Source: the human T2T-CHM13v2.0 reference genome, Homo sapiens
DNA: 64,000 nucleotides
Assembly (NCBI RefSeq): GCF_009914755.1
Contig: NC_060933.1
Strand: one strand, 5' to 3'
Shown here: piece by piece, positions 26,361 through 40,272 of the stretch
Numbering within the stretch: position 1 is the stretch's first letter
How the letters are laid out: each line of letters begins with the position of its first letter
Translations under genes and position numbers: made by a program
The notes under the pieces: model-generated
What the model saw: the letters and a program-made list of their open reading frames with translations, nothing else
Told to the model about the DNA's origin: nothing
Databases searched by the model: none

Positions 26361-27382
26361 TACCTGATAAGGGACTTGTATACAGAAAACATTACAAAAT
26401 TCTTACAGCTCTAGAATAAAAGGCATGTAACCCAATGTAAAATGGGCAAAGAGTCTGAGCAGACATTCTCCAAAGAAGATACACAAATTGGCAATAAGCA
26501 CATGGAAAGACGGTCAACATAATTAGCCATTAAGGAAATGTAACGCTTCACGCACACTAGGTCTAATAAAAAAGGCAGTACCAAGTGTTGGTGAGGACTG
26601 GAGAAACTGAACGCCCTACACATTGCTGGTAGGAATGTAACATGGTTTCTCTGCTTTGGAAAATGTCGGGCAGTTTCTCACAAGATCACAGAGTTGACAT
26701 GTGACCCAGAAATTCCACTCCTGGGCAGATTTGCAAGAGAAATGAAAGCCTAAATCCATGAGACTTGTACAGGTAAGTCAAAGGAAAGTTCACAGCAACA
26801 TTATTCATAATAGCCAAAGGTGGGAAAAACTCAAATGTCCATGTTTGTGAATGACTAAATAAAATGTATTATATCCATACAATGGAATATTATTTGGCAA
26901 TAAAAATAAATTAAGTACGGATCAGCTACAACACAGTTGAACCTTGAAAACATTATTTAAGCTAAAGCAGCCAGCCACAGAAGACCATATATTGTATGAT
27001 TCCATTCATTTGAAATGTCCAGAATAGGCAAATCCATAGAGACAGAAAGTAGATTGGTGGTTGCCTAAGACTGGACGGGGCAGAGATGGAGAGGGGCTGC
27101 TATAATCAGTATGGAGTTTTTTCTCCTGGTGTACAAAAGTATTCTAAAATTAGAATATGGTGATGGTTGTATAGCCCAGTGAATTACTAGAAAAAAAAAA
27201 GAACTGTACCCTTTTTGAATGAATTGTATGATATGTGAATTATATATCAATAAAGCTATTTTTTTAAAAAAGCCCACTGGCAGTCTTCCTTCATCTCAGC
27301 ATTATTACAACCAGTTCCAGTGTCTGAAAACATCTTATTAATCGATTTATTTAAACCTGTCTCCTCACAAGAATGCAAGTAT

Positions 27383-27654
27383 GGCTGGGCGCAGTGGTTC
27401 ATGCCTGTAATTCCAGCACTTTGGGAGGCTGGGGCGGGAGGATCACTTGAGCCCAGGAGTTGGAGCCTAGGCAACAGAGTGAGACTTTGTCTCTACCTAC
27501 AAGATATTAGCTGGGCATGGTGGTGCAGACCTGTAGTCCCAGCTACTCAGGAGGCTGAGGTGGGAGGACTGCTTGAGCCCAGGAGTTAGAGGCTACAGTG
27601 AGCACTGCGCTCCAGCCTGGGCAACAGAGCGAGACCCTGTCTCAAAAAAATAAA
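27383..27654 (+). mobile_element. Alu (AluJ-like)
   Basis: Dimeric Alu with J-like features. Confidence 0.9.
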
Positions 27655-28560
27655 GGCTTGGGGGACAAGTTCCTTGAGGACTGTACCTGTCTTGTTCATG
27701 CCTGTTTTCCCAGTGCTGACATGGCAGTTGGCCCATAGAAGATAATCAGTAAACATATATTCAACAAATGAAGAAACCAACCAACAACAAAAATATCCCA
27801 GGAAGAAGACTGCTTCTTTTAGTAACAGCAGAAATACTTGAAATTGGCTGAAAATTAAGCAACAAAACACTGTCCTACGCAATGGAAAAATAAATACCTG
27901 TAGTTTTAAAAATAAAAAGCACTCCCTCTGTCAAGTTTTTCCAGCAATTTAGTACAACAAAACAAACCAGAAAACCAAACAAAACAACCCTCCAAATAAA
28001 TAGCACGGCACCTTGCACTACATGGCTCTCACTCTGTCTACTATTGCTGCACGTGACTTAACAAGGCCAAAGTTCAGTTCCCTTGCTAAAGACCTTCCAG
28101 GTGGCCAGGCAGGATCAGATAAACTACCTGCCCTTTGCAAATTACCTAGGCACCCACTGCGCTCTGGACCAAAGAGAAAAGCCAGGGCCTGACCCGCATT
28201 CACATGTGGTCAAACCAAACAGCTTCACAGCTGTGTGATGGCCAGAGCTGCAGAAAGCCCTTCTTAGTCCCCAGATGGGGACACAAGTCAACAGGAAGCT
28301 GCTGCACCTGGCTAGCTCACCTGGAACAGCTCAACAGGGTCAGGAGGCTCTCAACACCAGCCCTCATATGTCAGCAGTCATCCCTCGCATTCAAATGAAC
28401 TGGGATGGTGTGACTTCTCCCGCTCCCCTCTGTCCTGCCTCTTCTCTCTCTTCACCCAAGCAGGGTGGATCCCATTTACAGTTTATACTTCCTTCTTTAT
28501 ACTTCAACATGGATGTGAACAGTCTAATCCTTCATGTGATGCTTAAGAGGGTGTGCACTG

Positions 28561-28840
28561 TTAGCCAGGCCTGGTGGTACATGCCTATAGTCCCAGCTAC
28601 TCGGGAGGCTGAGGCAGGAGAATGGCGTGAATCCAGGAGGCAGAGCATGCAGTGCAAGATTGCGCCACTGCACTCCAGCCTGGGCGACTGCCACCACGCC
28701 TGGCTAATTTTTTTGTATTTTTAGTAGAGACGGGGTGTCACCGTGTTAGCCAGGATGGTCTCGATCTCCTGACCTCGTGATCCACCTGCCTTGGCCTCCC
28801 AAAGTGCTGAGATTACAGGTGTGAGCCACCGCGCCCGGCC
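28561..28840. mobile_element. Fused inverted Alu halves inside a MIR
   Basis: + strand right arm 28561-28688 joined directly to - strand left arm/linker 28689-28840. Confidence 0.88.
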
Positions 28841-30185
28841 AAAAAATTTTCTAAAAGGGGGGTGTGCACTGGAGTCAGAATGTTTGCATTCAAATACTTA
28901 GATATCATCTCTCTAAATCTTTCCCTTATTTTGTCTGGAAAATGAGTGAGATAACATTATATTTCTTGAGATGGCTGATGTGATGTAGATTAAATGAGAT
29001 ATTTACTGTGGATAATACAATAAGGTATTTCACAAAATGCCTGGCACACGGCACCCGCTCAACACAAGGAGCTTGGATGCATAGCAAGGTCGATCGATAC
29101 CGAATTCTTATTTCCCAGCTGCTTCCAGATCTTCATCCAGTTATTCTGCAACACTGAACATTTAACTCACTATTCTAAGTAAATGAGACCTTATAAATGC
29201 CCACTCTTCCCTTCCTTTGGCACTGAACCAGAAGTCTCAATCTGGCTTTTAGCCTATTAGTCTATTTCCCTCTTTGGTTTAACCTGCCTCCCTGCATACG
29301 GATCCTATTGCTGTCCCTACTCCATGTCTTCTGATGGCAGCCCCACAGTGTCCCTAAAAGACACAGCCTCTTCCCTCACCAGGCAGGTTCCCAAGTCAGA
29401 TGGGCTGTCAGAGCAGTTTCCTAATCCATGTGACTTGTATCCTGTTGAGTAGGACTGAAGCAGGGAAAGCAGACACAAATGGGGAAGTCTGGGCAGGATG
29501 CGTGGGTTCTCTGGTGCTCAAAGATCTTCAGGCTGGGTGAGCCAACTTCCGCTTTCTCCACTGTCTACTGCCCTGAGTTGCTGTTCAGGCAGGCATGGGG
29601 CTGAGGAGCTGGCAAGATTCACAACTGCGCCGTCATGACCACGGCGGAACTGGGGTAGACAAGTGAGGTGTAGAGGTCGATCACCAAAAAACCCTCTCAG
29701 GTTCATGCAAGGGCAGGGACCAACTAAGGGCACTTCTGCCTATGAGCTGTTGATGGAACTCAAGAGGTTTATTATTGCACTCACAATTCTTGTCTGCCTT
29801 GGGCAAGGCTGGGAAAACATGTCAGCACCTAAAGACAGTGCAATGCCTACCAATAAATCTCCCTCCTCAGGGTATCCACCTCAGCACAGCCAGCTCTAGC
29901 ACAAGAAGCCATAAATCAGGCAGAGAGAAGAGATTCTTTCAAATGACAACCAACCTTCTCAACGCTGGAAATCGAGGACAGCACTAACTAGGACAGTATG
30001 TTTGTCACATCCTTCTTGAAACCTTGGGTTAGCAGCACAGGCTTCAGGTGATTCTCAAGGTCATTCACACTATGCCTTTGAGTGCTGAGGAGGTACTATA
30101 ATGCTTTGCGATAGCAGGGTGGGGAGGAAACGACAGGTGCCCTCACATGAACACTGCTGTTAGGGCAATCTCGCCAACGGCTCCA

Positions 30186-30219
30186 GACAGGCAGGCAGAC
30201 AGACAGACAGACAGACAGA
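30186..30219. repeat. (CAGR)n tetranucleotide microsatellite
   Basis: cagacaggcaggcagacagacagacagacagacaga. Confidence 0.85.
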
Positions 30220-30759
30220 TGCACTCTCCCTGCCCCTTTCTCATGCACGTCAATCATCTGGGATGGAGGGCGACGTGAAGGGAGTGTTCCCACATGACTG
30301 CTGCGTCGCAGGCAGTGCCACCAACTGCTCTCTTGCTATTCCCCTGCTTTTCACACTTAGGAAGTTACACTGTAGAATTTGTATATGCGTCTCTTTAGTA
30401 ATTTTCTAGAATTGAAGTTAAAACAAAAAATTTAAAGATTTCATACAAATATATATATGTACAAGTTATAGAGAATGAATCAAATCCAGGCACCCACCAT
30501 CTGGCCTAGCAAACAGAACCTTCTGCAGCGATGGAGGCGGCCGGTACCTGAACTGTCTAACACGACAGGCACTAGTGGCTACTGAGGCCTGATTGTGGCT
30601 GCTGTGGCTGAGGCACTGAACTGTGAGTTAACTGTGTAAACAGCCCCTGGGGCTGGTGACTGGCACACTGGATGGTGCAGCTCGAGAAGCGGATGGATTC
30701 CACTGGTGCTGCCATGTGCTCCTCTGCAGCCACATCTCTTCCCTACAGGCAGCCCGACT

Positions 30760-31270
30760 CTGACTTTCAGACTTATCATCCCTTACTTTTCAGGATAGTT
30801 TATATCGACATATACAGTTTAACTTATAAGTTTGTGAACGTTACCTAAGTGATGGCATATTGTAAAGATTCTCACGCTCTTGTTTTTTACTCAATAGCAG
30901 GCCTGACACTCAGGCATGCTGGGGTGTATCAGTGATTTCGTTTTCAATGCTGAGAAATTCCGTAGATTCCATAATCCCAGCTTTATTTATCTGCTCTCCT
31001 GTCAGTGGACACTGGGTCGCTTCCAGCATTTTTGCTTTAATAAACAATGCTGCTCATACATGTCTCCTGGAACACATGCCAACAGTCCTCTAAGAGCAGA
31101 ACGGCTGGATTGTAGGGTATATGCCACATTGATTCTTACAGATATTGCAAAACAATTCTCCCAAGTGGCTATGCCACTTTACAGTCCCACTAGCAAGGTT
31201 GGGAGAGTCCTAGTTGCTCCATATTCCTCCCGGCACCTGGGGTTGCCAGACATGCAAACTTTCCCACATG
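30760..31270 (-). mobile_element. Old L1 (L1ME-like) fragment
   Basis: Reverse L1 3' text (ggacactgggtcgcttccag, ttgctccatattcctc). Confidence 0.65.
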
Positions 31271-32737
31271 GCCATGTCTAAGAAAGGACACAAAAGTCCT
31301 CCTTCACCTGGAAATGCCATATGCTGGTGTATTTTATTGTGATCTATCTAATCTGTGAGAGCAACTTCAAGTTCACCTGAACTTGAGAACAGAAAGCCGC
31401 AGACTCTTGCTCCATGTTACATTTACCCCAAGGTCAGAGACTCCCAATGACTAATCTGCTAGTCATTCCTTCCAGAGGAAGGGTGGCTTATATGAGCTTA
31501 CAAACAATTTCTGTATAAATTGACTGTGATGTTACCAACAGCAGCCACTTTCTTGGGCAACCATCGCAGGCTACAGATCTGGCTGTCGGATGAATGTCCT
31601 TCTCTACCGAGAGAGAAAGAGGATGGGCCGGAGGAGAGGATGTAGCCTGCTCACAGAATCATGTCTCAACAGAAAACCAAGCAGAGCAAAAAGACATCAA
31701 AGCCAACCCAATTTCTTCAAGTGGTCTGCCAGATGCCAATATTTCATTCTTAAATTTTTAACTTGCCCCTCGGCCAGGCTTAACAATGGTCTCTGCCTGT
31801 TGCTGACAAATGTGGCTATCAACTGGCCTTCTTTCTGTGTCATTTGTAGCAGCAGCTGGGTTCCCAACTTAGCAGTGGTTTCTGTCTCAACTTAATCTCT
31901 CACCAGGGATGGTGGGGAGTCTCTAAACATCAACCACACGGGATCACAAAGTCAAGGGCAAGGTGGACAACTTTGAGGCAGCCAATCTTGAGAAACGCTG
32001 TGGCTAATTCCTCATTCCCTGTCTTCTACTGGGCTCAGAAGTCGAGCACTGGGAAGGATTTAGAGATCACTTACTTAATAAACATTCCCCATTTTCCAAA
32101 TGCATAAAAAGGACAAATGGAGTGGAGGCGTGATTGAGGACATTAGGAAAAGCTTTTTTAAAGATGAGGATTTCCAATTTTTTAAAAGTCTTTTCACTTG
32201 TCTAGGATTTTGTGGACCGCAAGGTAAAGATGGAGACAGAGGGCTATGGGCACAGGAGGCAGCAGAGCTGAAGTCTGTGGCTTTTTTTTTAAATCTATTT
32301 ATTTATTTTATCTTGAGACCAGGTTACGAGACTGGCTAATTTTTGTATTTTTGGTAGAGACAGGGTTTCGCCATGTTGCCTAGGTTGGTCTCGAACTCCT
32401 GGGCTCAAGGGATCCTCCCATCTCAGCCTCCCAAAGTGCTGGGACTACAGGTGTGAGCCATCACGCCAGGCCTGTGTGTCTTTGTTTTAACTTCAGCTCG
32501 GCCACTAACCTGGGCAAACTTTTTACCCGAGCCTCCGGTTCCTCACCTAGAGGAAAGCCATAGCCACAGACCTAGCTCCTCCTCAGGTAATTGTGGAGAT
32601 TAAATGTGACCCGTGTGTAAAGCATGTAGCCAAGGACCTGATATATAGCAAATACTTAATACATGGCAGCTATTATTGTCATGTGATAACCTCGTCAGGT
32701 CTCTGCCAACACTTAAAAAGGCAAAAGCTAAAAATAA

Positions 32738-33071
<334 letters not shown>

Positions 33072-33869
33072 TGGAGTTATATTTTTCTAACAACTTTAAC
33101 ATGGAAAGATCCTCTGTCTTACTTAATATACAACTATTCCTGTTAAAACAGAGGGAAAACAATATTTGAAGTTTTGCAATTCCAAAGACTCTTTTGTTAT
33201 GAAAATCCATTCCTACTACCCAATTGTTCAGGAAGTCTACTGGATAACTATGACACTGCTAATGGGAATATTAAGCCTATCTTTTAAAAAATTTTCAAAC
33301 AATCTCATTATAAAAATCCAAGCACTGTAAAAATATATAACGTAGACGGTAAACATTTCTCATAATTCCACACACAGCAGAAATATTTTTTCACTTTTTT
33401 TTTTTTTTAAACAACAAGCCATTGTGGGCATTTTCCCATGTGAGTGCAGTTAATGGCTGCATGATGCTCTGCTGGACGGCAACCACAGTGTATTTATGCA
33501 GTCAGGCCCCCGAATGAATAGATTCTAACTTCTGCTCTTCAAACAATGCTGCGTTGATGAACACCCTCAAGCTGGCCTGTCTGCGCCCTTGTATGGTGAG
33601 ACAGACTCCTAGGGATGGACGGCATGGGAAGCTGGATGCGACATAGTCAAACTGCCCCCCACTGAGCTGAATGCAGCCAGCACTGCCTGCCCCAGAGTGG
33701 GGCCCTGGATGGAGGCAGAAGGGGTGAGGAGGGATTCTGGGCCCTGGGGCCTTCTCGCCTATGCAGGAAACCAGGCTTCACCTTGGATTTGGGTTAAGAT
33801 CTGACAGAACCACCCTTTTCATTTTACTTGCATAACTGGTAAGCATTACAAAGAGATTCAGAATCACAA

Positions 33870-34560
33870 AAGGCAACATTCAAATGGCCAATAAACATAT
33901 AACAAGGTGCTCAATTTGTCATCAGGAAGCAGTACATTAAAACCACTGAGCTACCACCACAAACATGCCTGAATAGATAAAAAGAAAAAACAGGGAACAC
34001 TATCGGTGTTGTGGATGAAGAGAAGGGGGACTCTCTACCCTGCTGACTGACAGCCACCCACTATGGCTGAACACATCCTTCCTCTCCAGCCCAATAACTC
34101 CACTCCAAAGAACGCCTGTGTGAGGTCACCATCAGACATGTACCAGAATATCACAGCAGTGCTCGGCGAATGCCTGTCGACAGCAGGACGGGTGAACCGT
34201 GGCACCGTCGCACAGTGGAATATCATGCAATCGACACCCATGACATGCATGGTTCTCACGAGTGTAGAGAGAAGCCAGATTCAAAAGAGTACATTTTATA
34301 CGATTCCATTTATATAAATGCAAAAACAGACAAATTTAATCTATTATTTGGGGATTCAAGATAGTGGTTATGCTCGGGGAGTGGGGGGTGGTTAACTGGC
34401 AGGTGACATGAAGCAGTGGGCTTCTGAGGTGACGGTTATGGCCTGTTTCTTGATCTGGGGGTTGGTTGTACCAGTGTGTTCAACTTGCGAAAATCCTGCA
34501 AGCTATCTACATAAGGTATGTGTATATACTTCCTGATGTATAGTATATTCCAACAAAAAG
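33870..34560 (+). mobile_element. Old L1 (L1ME-like) 3' end
   Basis: caaatggccaataaacatat...gattccatttatataaa...gatagtggtta. Confidence 0.7.
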
Positions 34561-35344
34561 GTGAAATAACCCAGATACAAAGGTCTAAGATTCTTCGGAA
34601 AAAGAGCCCACATGATTTTTATATGGGTCAGATTAACAACTGCAAAGTTCATTTACAACTTAAGGAAATTCCATTCCCTAAAACAAACAAATGTATTTAC
34701 CCATGAATATTCCAGAATGAGTATCTTCCCTAAGAACTCTGAATTGACTATCTCAGGAAGAGCCTGTGAATATCTCAGGAAACTTTTGTCTCATCTTTTT
34801 AAAAATAATAAAAGATAACACCTACATAAATGTATACATTCTTAGGATCTTAAATCACCAGTAAATAAGCATTTTCCAATCTCTTCTCCCTTACTGTATG
34901 AAAAATTCTAGGAACTTAATATAAATACAATTGAATCTTATAATTTTTTATGTTTAACCAAGATTGAATCAATATACTTTTAATAATAGTATCTGTCTCA
35001 TGAGGCTCGCCTAAGAATTAAAACCAAAACTCATTCAATGACTTTTTAGGCATCTCATCTGTGCCTTACATCAGCGGTGGGGCCCCACCCACCCGGCCTG
35101 CTCACACACTGCACCAGCCATTCTCTCCTCTCCCCACCACCAGGTTTCCTTCTGCTGTGTGTCACTTCACGTCTGCACATACACATGGTAGATCTCCCCC
35201 ATCTTAAAGACCCGAGTCCTTAAGCCCACCTTCTCCTCCAGCTACTCCCACGTTTGTTTCTCTAAATAGCAAAACCACTTGAAAGACTTGCCTATATGTT
35301 GTCTACAATTCCTTTCCTCTTATCCTTCATTTTCCCCCAACATT

Positions 35345-35922
35345 TTATTTTTTGAGACAGGGTCTTGCTCTGTTGCCCAGGCTGGAGTATAGTGGTGTGA
35401 TCCCAGTTCACTGTAGCTATGACCTCTGGGGCTCACATGATCCTCCTGAGGAGCTGGGACTACAGGCATGCGCCACTATGCCTGGCTAATTTTTTGTTTT
35501 ATTTTGTTTTTTTTTTTTTTGAGATGGAGTCTCACTCTGTCACCAAGGCTGGAGTGCAGTGGCACGATCTCGGCTCACTGCCTTCCTGGTTCAAGTGATT
35601 CTCCTGCCTCAGCCTCCTGAGTAGCTGGGATTACAAGCATGAATCACCATGCCTGGCTAATTTTTTTTTGTATTTTTAGTAGAGACAGGGTTTCACCATT
35701 TCGGCGAACCTGGTCTCAAACTCCTGACCTCAAGTGATCTGCCTGTCTCGGCCTCCCAAAGTGCTAGCCACCATGCCCAGCCCTGGCTAAGTTTTGTTCG
35801 TTTTGTAGAGATAGGGTCTCACTATGTTGCCTAGGCTGGTCTCGAGCTCCTGGGCTCAAGTGATCCTCTTGCCTCAGTCTCCCAAAGTGCTGAGATCACA
35901 GGTGTGAGCCTCCACGCCTGGT
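35345..35922 (-). mobile_element. AluJ-like element with an AluS-like copy nested in its middle A-tract
   Basis: Right arm, then a second near-complete Alu (about 35500-35782), then left arm; CTGGCTAA duplicated around the inner copy. Confidence 0.88.
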
Positions 35923-36177
35923 TCCAACGTTGTATTCTGGAAAAAAAAAATCAAATCTACTGATGTGCTGAAAGAATATTATGAAGCGAACGTCCACATA
36001 CCCGTCACCTAGATTCGTCAACCGTTAACATTCTGCCATGCCCGCTTTCCAAAGTTATATTTTGGAAAAAAAAAAATCAAATCTATTGATGTGCTGAAAG
36101 AATACTATGAAGCGAACGTCCACATACCCTTCACCTAGATTCGTCAACCGTTAACATTTTGCCATGCTCGCTTTCCA
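35922..36177. repeat. Head-to-tail tandem duplication, about 125-bp unit x2
   Basis: TGG(A)nTCAAATCTA...GCTTTCCA occurs at 35938-36051 and 36063-36177. Confidence 0.92.
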
Positions 36178-36179
36178 TC

Positions 36180-37900
36180 CCTTTTCTTTCTCTATCACAG
36201 AAACACACATGCAAATTTATTTTTCATCAAAGCAACTGAAAGTTGCACACGTTATAACACATCTCTAAATACTACCAGCTGTCTCTCTCCTAGGAACAAG
36301 GACATTCTCCTGCATAAATAACATAATAACATTATCATACCCAAGATATTTAACACTGACATAATATTTGCTCCATAAGCAAATTTCTCTTATCAGATTC
36401 TCTATAGCTTTTTTTTTTTTTTTTTAAATCCAAGATCCAATTAAGGAGCATACATTGCATCTGGTTGTCATGTCTCTCCAATTTCCCTTATCTAGTCTGG
36501 AGGCAGGAGGGACGGGACTGGCTTTTGGACGTTGACATATTTTGAAAAGTGCCTGCCAGTTGTCTTGGAGGAGGTCCCCCGTAAGTTGGATCTGCCTGTT
36601 CCCTGTCATGAGATTCGGGTAATACATGCTTGGTAAACACAGTTCCTGGGTGGTATGTGCTTTCTACTGTATTATTAATCAGTTATTGATAATGCTAAGT
36701 TCGATCACTTGGTTAAGGTGGTATCTGCCAAATTTCTCCACTGCAATGATATAGTTTCTCCTTTGTAACTAATAAGTAATCTGTACTGCAATTTGAGATT
36801 TTAAGCATCTTGTTCCCTAACAAATTTTCACTGAATAGTTTGGCATCCACTGATGATCCTTATGTGAATCTTTATTTTACTGGTGGTTACACATTGGTGA
36901 TTATTAATTATTCCTCGATATTTATTGGCTGGCATTCCTTTATAAGTAATAGGCCCCCACCCTTTACTTTTTTTGGTATCACTATGGACCTGGGTGTTCA
37001 TTTATTATTCAGTGTGTTATAATCCATTATAATCATGCCCTTTCATGTTCAAACTTCCAAACTTGGCCAGAGGGAACCTTTTTAGCCCATCTCCAGTGTT
37101 ACTGAGGAGTCTCCATCAATCTTTGAATACTTCTTTGGTTTTTGATGCAAAAGAAGCTCCAGAATCACCCCGTACCTTCCCTACCCCATTTCTCCAGGAA
37201 ATCAGCTTGGAATCTGCCATTTCTTTAATGTACCCTAGCTCCTTTTGGTGGGGAGTGGTATTTAGAAACCAAGATCGGGGCATTAGATGTGCTCATTGCC
37301 ACTGGGATGTCACTGTTCTATGTCCTTTCAGTGGACACAGCTAGGAGAGAAATATGTACATGTATTTAATGTAAATATATATAATTAAATATGAGTGTGT
37401 ATATATCTATATATTTTTAAATCATAAGTTAATACTGTTATTTCTTACTGCAAGCCAACACCACCAGGTTCTTCCTCCTTCCTTGATTCCATATTTGCAG
37501 CTCCCTTCCACAACAGTGAGAACCCTGGTTTCTAACATCATCAATCTATTCATTTGCCTTATCCTACAATAAACACAAAATTTCTTCAGAATTGCTACAC
37601 GAATATCATTAACAACTACTAAAGGTAAAAGTTCAAGATTTCTTAGCAATTCTTTTAGTCCTTAGAATATATCCTGTGATGGGCATATAGCAAGTACTGT
37701 GTTCAAAAAGATATTCTAATTCTTTTTTCTGTGTGGGTTATATTATCATTTAATATACAGTTAGGTTTGTTTTTATTGATATTCAATTTCAGGATTTTTT
37801 CTGAATTTGTAAAATATTTATACAGTTCAAAAGTTAAAAAACTACATAACTTCTGTTTTATCCCTCATTTACACAGAAATAAGTAGTATATCCATCCTTA
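36180..37900 (-). mobile_element. Old L1 (L1MC-like) 3' region
   Basis: Reverse L1MC-like text (ggttgtcatgtctct, ttaaggtggtatctgcca); boundaries approximate. Confidence 0.6.
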
Positions 37901-37924
37901 TTTCCTCTTCTTACAAATACTGTA

Positions 37925-38580
37925 TTAGACATCCACAGGAGCCTGAATTTGGCAGTTCAAGAGAAGTGAAGGAGCTAGGTGAAGGCTAGGGGTATATATT
38001 CGAGAGCTGTCGGCATATACACAGTATAGGAAGCTAGAAGACCAGTGGAGGCCCTCAGGGACATGTGTAGATAGAGAAGAGGGCCAGATGACTTCATTGT
38101 TGGGTGGTCTCATTACACAACACAAGCTCTTGGTGATTCCCTTGGACATTTGACAGGTGGCTCAAACACAAGTCTAAAACTGTATCTCTGAAGCTTCCTC
38201 CCAAACCTGCTTTGACCACATCTTGGTAAACAGGACATTTCACCCTTCCAGCAGCTCAGGTTAAAATCCTTGATTCTTCTCTTTTGCTTGAGTCCATCTG
38301 GCAATCCTTCGGCAAATCCTGTGAGTTCTACCTTAATGGTACATTCAGAATCCACCACTTCTCACCACCTGCACCACGGTCAGCCTGCCCAGTGCCATCT
38401 TTATTCCTCAAATGGACGACCGCAATGGCTTTCTAACTGTCCCCTGCTCCTTGCCCTCCCCATTCTCAACTCTGCAATCAGAGTAGTCCTTATAAGAGCT
38501 AAGTCTCGCTATGTCACCCTTCTGTTTGAAAACCTCTGATGGCATCTATTCTCCCTCAGAGAGGCCCTGTGTGATTTGCA
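37925..38580. mobile_element. L2 fragments
   Basis: ctcccaaacctgct...ccttccagcagctcagg...caaatcctgtgagttctacctt...cagaatcc, typical L2. Confidence 0.7.
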
Positions 38581-39289
38581 CCCAACCATGTGCCGCCCCA
38601 ACCAACCCCCTCCCCACCTCTGAGAGTAAGCCCTCCATGGTAAGCCTGTTCTCCGATGTCCCCCAGATGGGGAGGCCTGACAAGTGCAAAGCCACTATGA
38701 GTGGTTGGGTAATGTTGGTCTAATCCTGGGACTCAATACTGGGAAGCTCACTGGGCTCTTAGAACAAGCTGCATCCTTCAAGCCAGGCTTTAGAAATCAA
38801 GGTGATATTTGGGTCCCCATCTATCTACCTTACTGTCTTCTTTTCCAACTTTCAGAATTCAGGGGACAGAGAAGGGTTCTACTTACTAGTCCTTTGAGAC
38901 CCCAATGAGAGAATCAAATCTCATTCATTTTGGAATCTGGCACTTAGCCCAATAACTGACACATCATAAAATAAATAAGTGCTTGTTAGCAAACACGCAG
39001 ATAAAAGAATCAATGAATTAACCCTGTAACAACCAACAGCTATGACATTCAGTCTACACCAGATGGTAATATCAGAGATGTAGATAAGATGGTTTATATG
39101 GATTTTTAATATAATTCTCTAAGTAGTTCTAGCACACGAGTCAGAGACAACTCATTCAGGAACTTTCTTTGGTGGGACGCTTCAGCCTGGGTTACTAGAA
39201 CATCTGTTGTTCAAGCTACCTCCAGGGAATAGACAAGAAAGATTATACTGTTCACCCTCCTCCTCTAGGTTCTAACGGACTCTCTGGAC

Positions 39290-39810
39290 CAGTACTATCC
39301 AATAGAAACATAGTGTGAACCACATATGTAATTAAAACAAAATTTTTTTTTTTTTGAGACAGAGTCTCACTTACTCTGTCCCCCAGACTGGAGTGCAGTG
39401 GCAAGATCTCAGCTCACTGCAACCTCCACTTCTTGGGTTCAAGTGATTCTTCTGCCTTAGCCTCCTGAGTAGCGGGGACTACAGGTGCCTGCTACCACGC
39501 CTGGCTAATTTTTGAATTTTTAGTAGAGACGGTTTCACCATGTTGGCCAGGCTGGTCTCGAACTCCTGACCTCAAGTTATCTGCCCACCTCAGCCTCCCT
39601 AAGTGCTGAGATTACAGGCAAGAGTCCCTGTGCCCAGTCTTAAAAATATTTTTTAATTGACCCAATTTATCTAAAGTATTATTACAACATGTAATATAAA
39701 AACGATTAATGAGCTATTTACCTTCTTTTTCTTTCATATTAATCTGCTGTGGATTTTATACTTCAGCACATCTCAGATGGCACTGGCCACATTTCCAGTG
39801 CTGCTGGACT
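39290..39810. mobile_element. MER33/MER3-type hAT element interrupted by antisense Alu (about 39343-39638)
   Basis: cagtactatccaatagaa...cagcacatctca...gccacatttccagtgct flanking an Alu. Confidence 0.72.
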
Positions 39811-39921
39811 AGACGCACAGCCTGGGCCCTCACCTCCTGTGATGGGACGGCTGGGACATGAAGCAAAGAGCCTTGGCCTGGTTGGATCTGCCTGCTTCAG
39901 GGTGGAGTGCTGAGGTCTTGA

Positions 39922-40272
<351 letters not shown>

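Larger units (their letters stand above)
24390..27265 (+). mobile_element. L1M (L1MB-like) ORF2-end/3' UTR, interrupted by Tigger3 and MER2
   Basis: L1 ORF2-like text (ggacttcatcaaaact, ccaaagaagatacacaaatt) resumes across insertions and ends at aataaagct. Confidence 0.8.
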
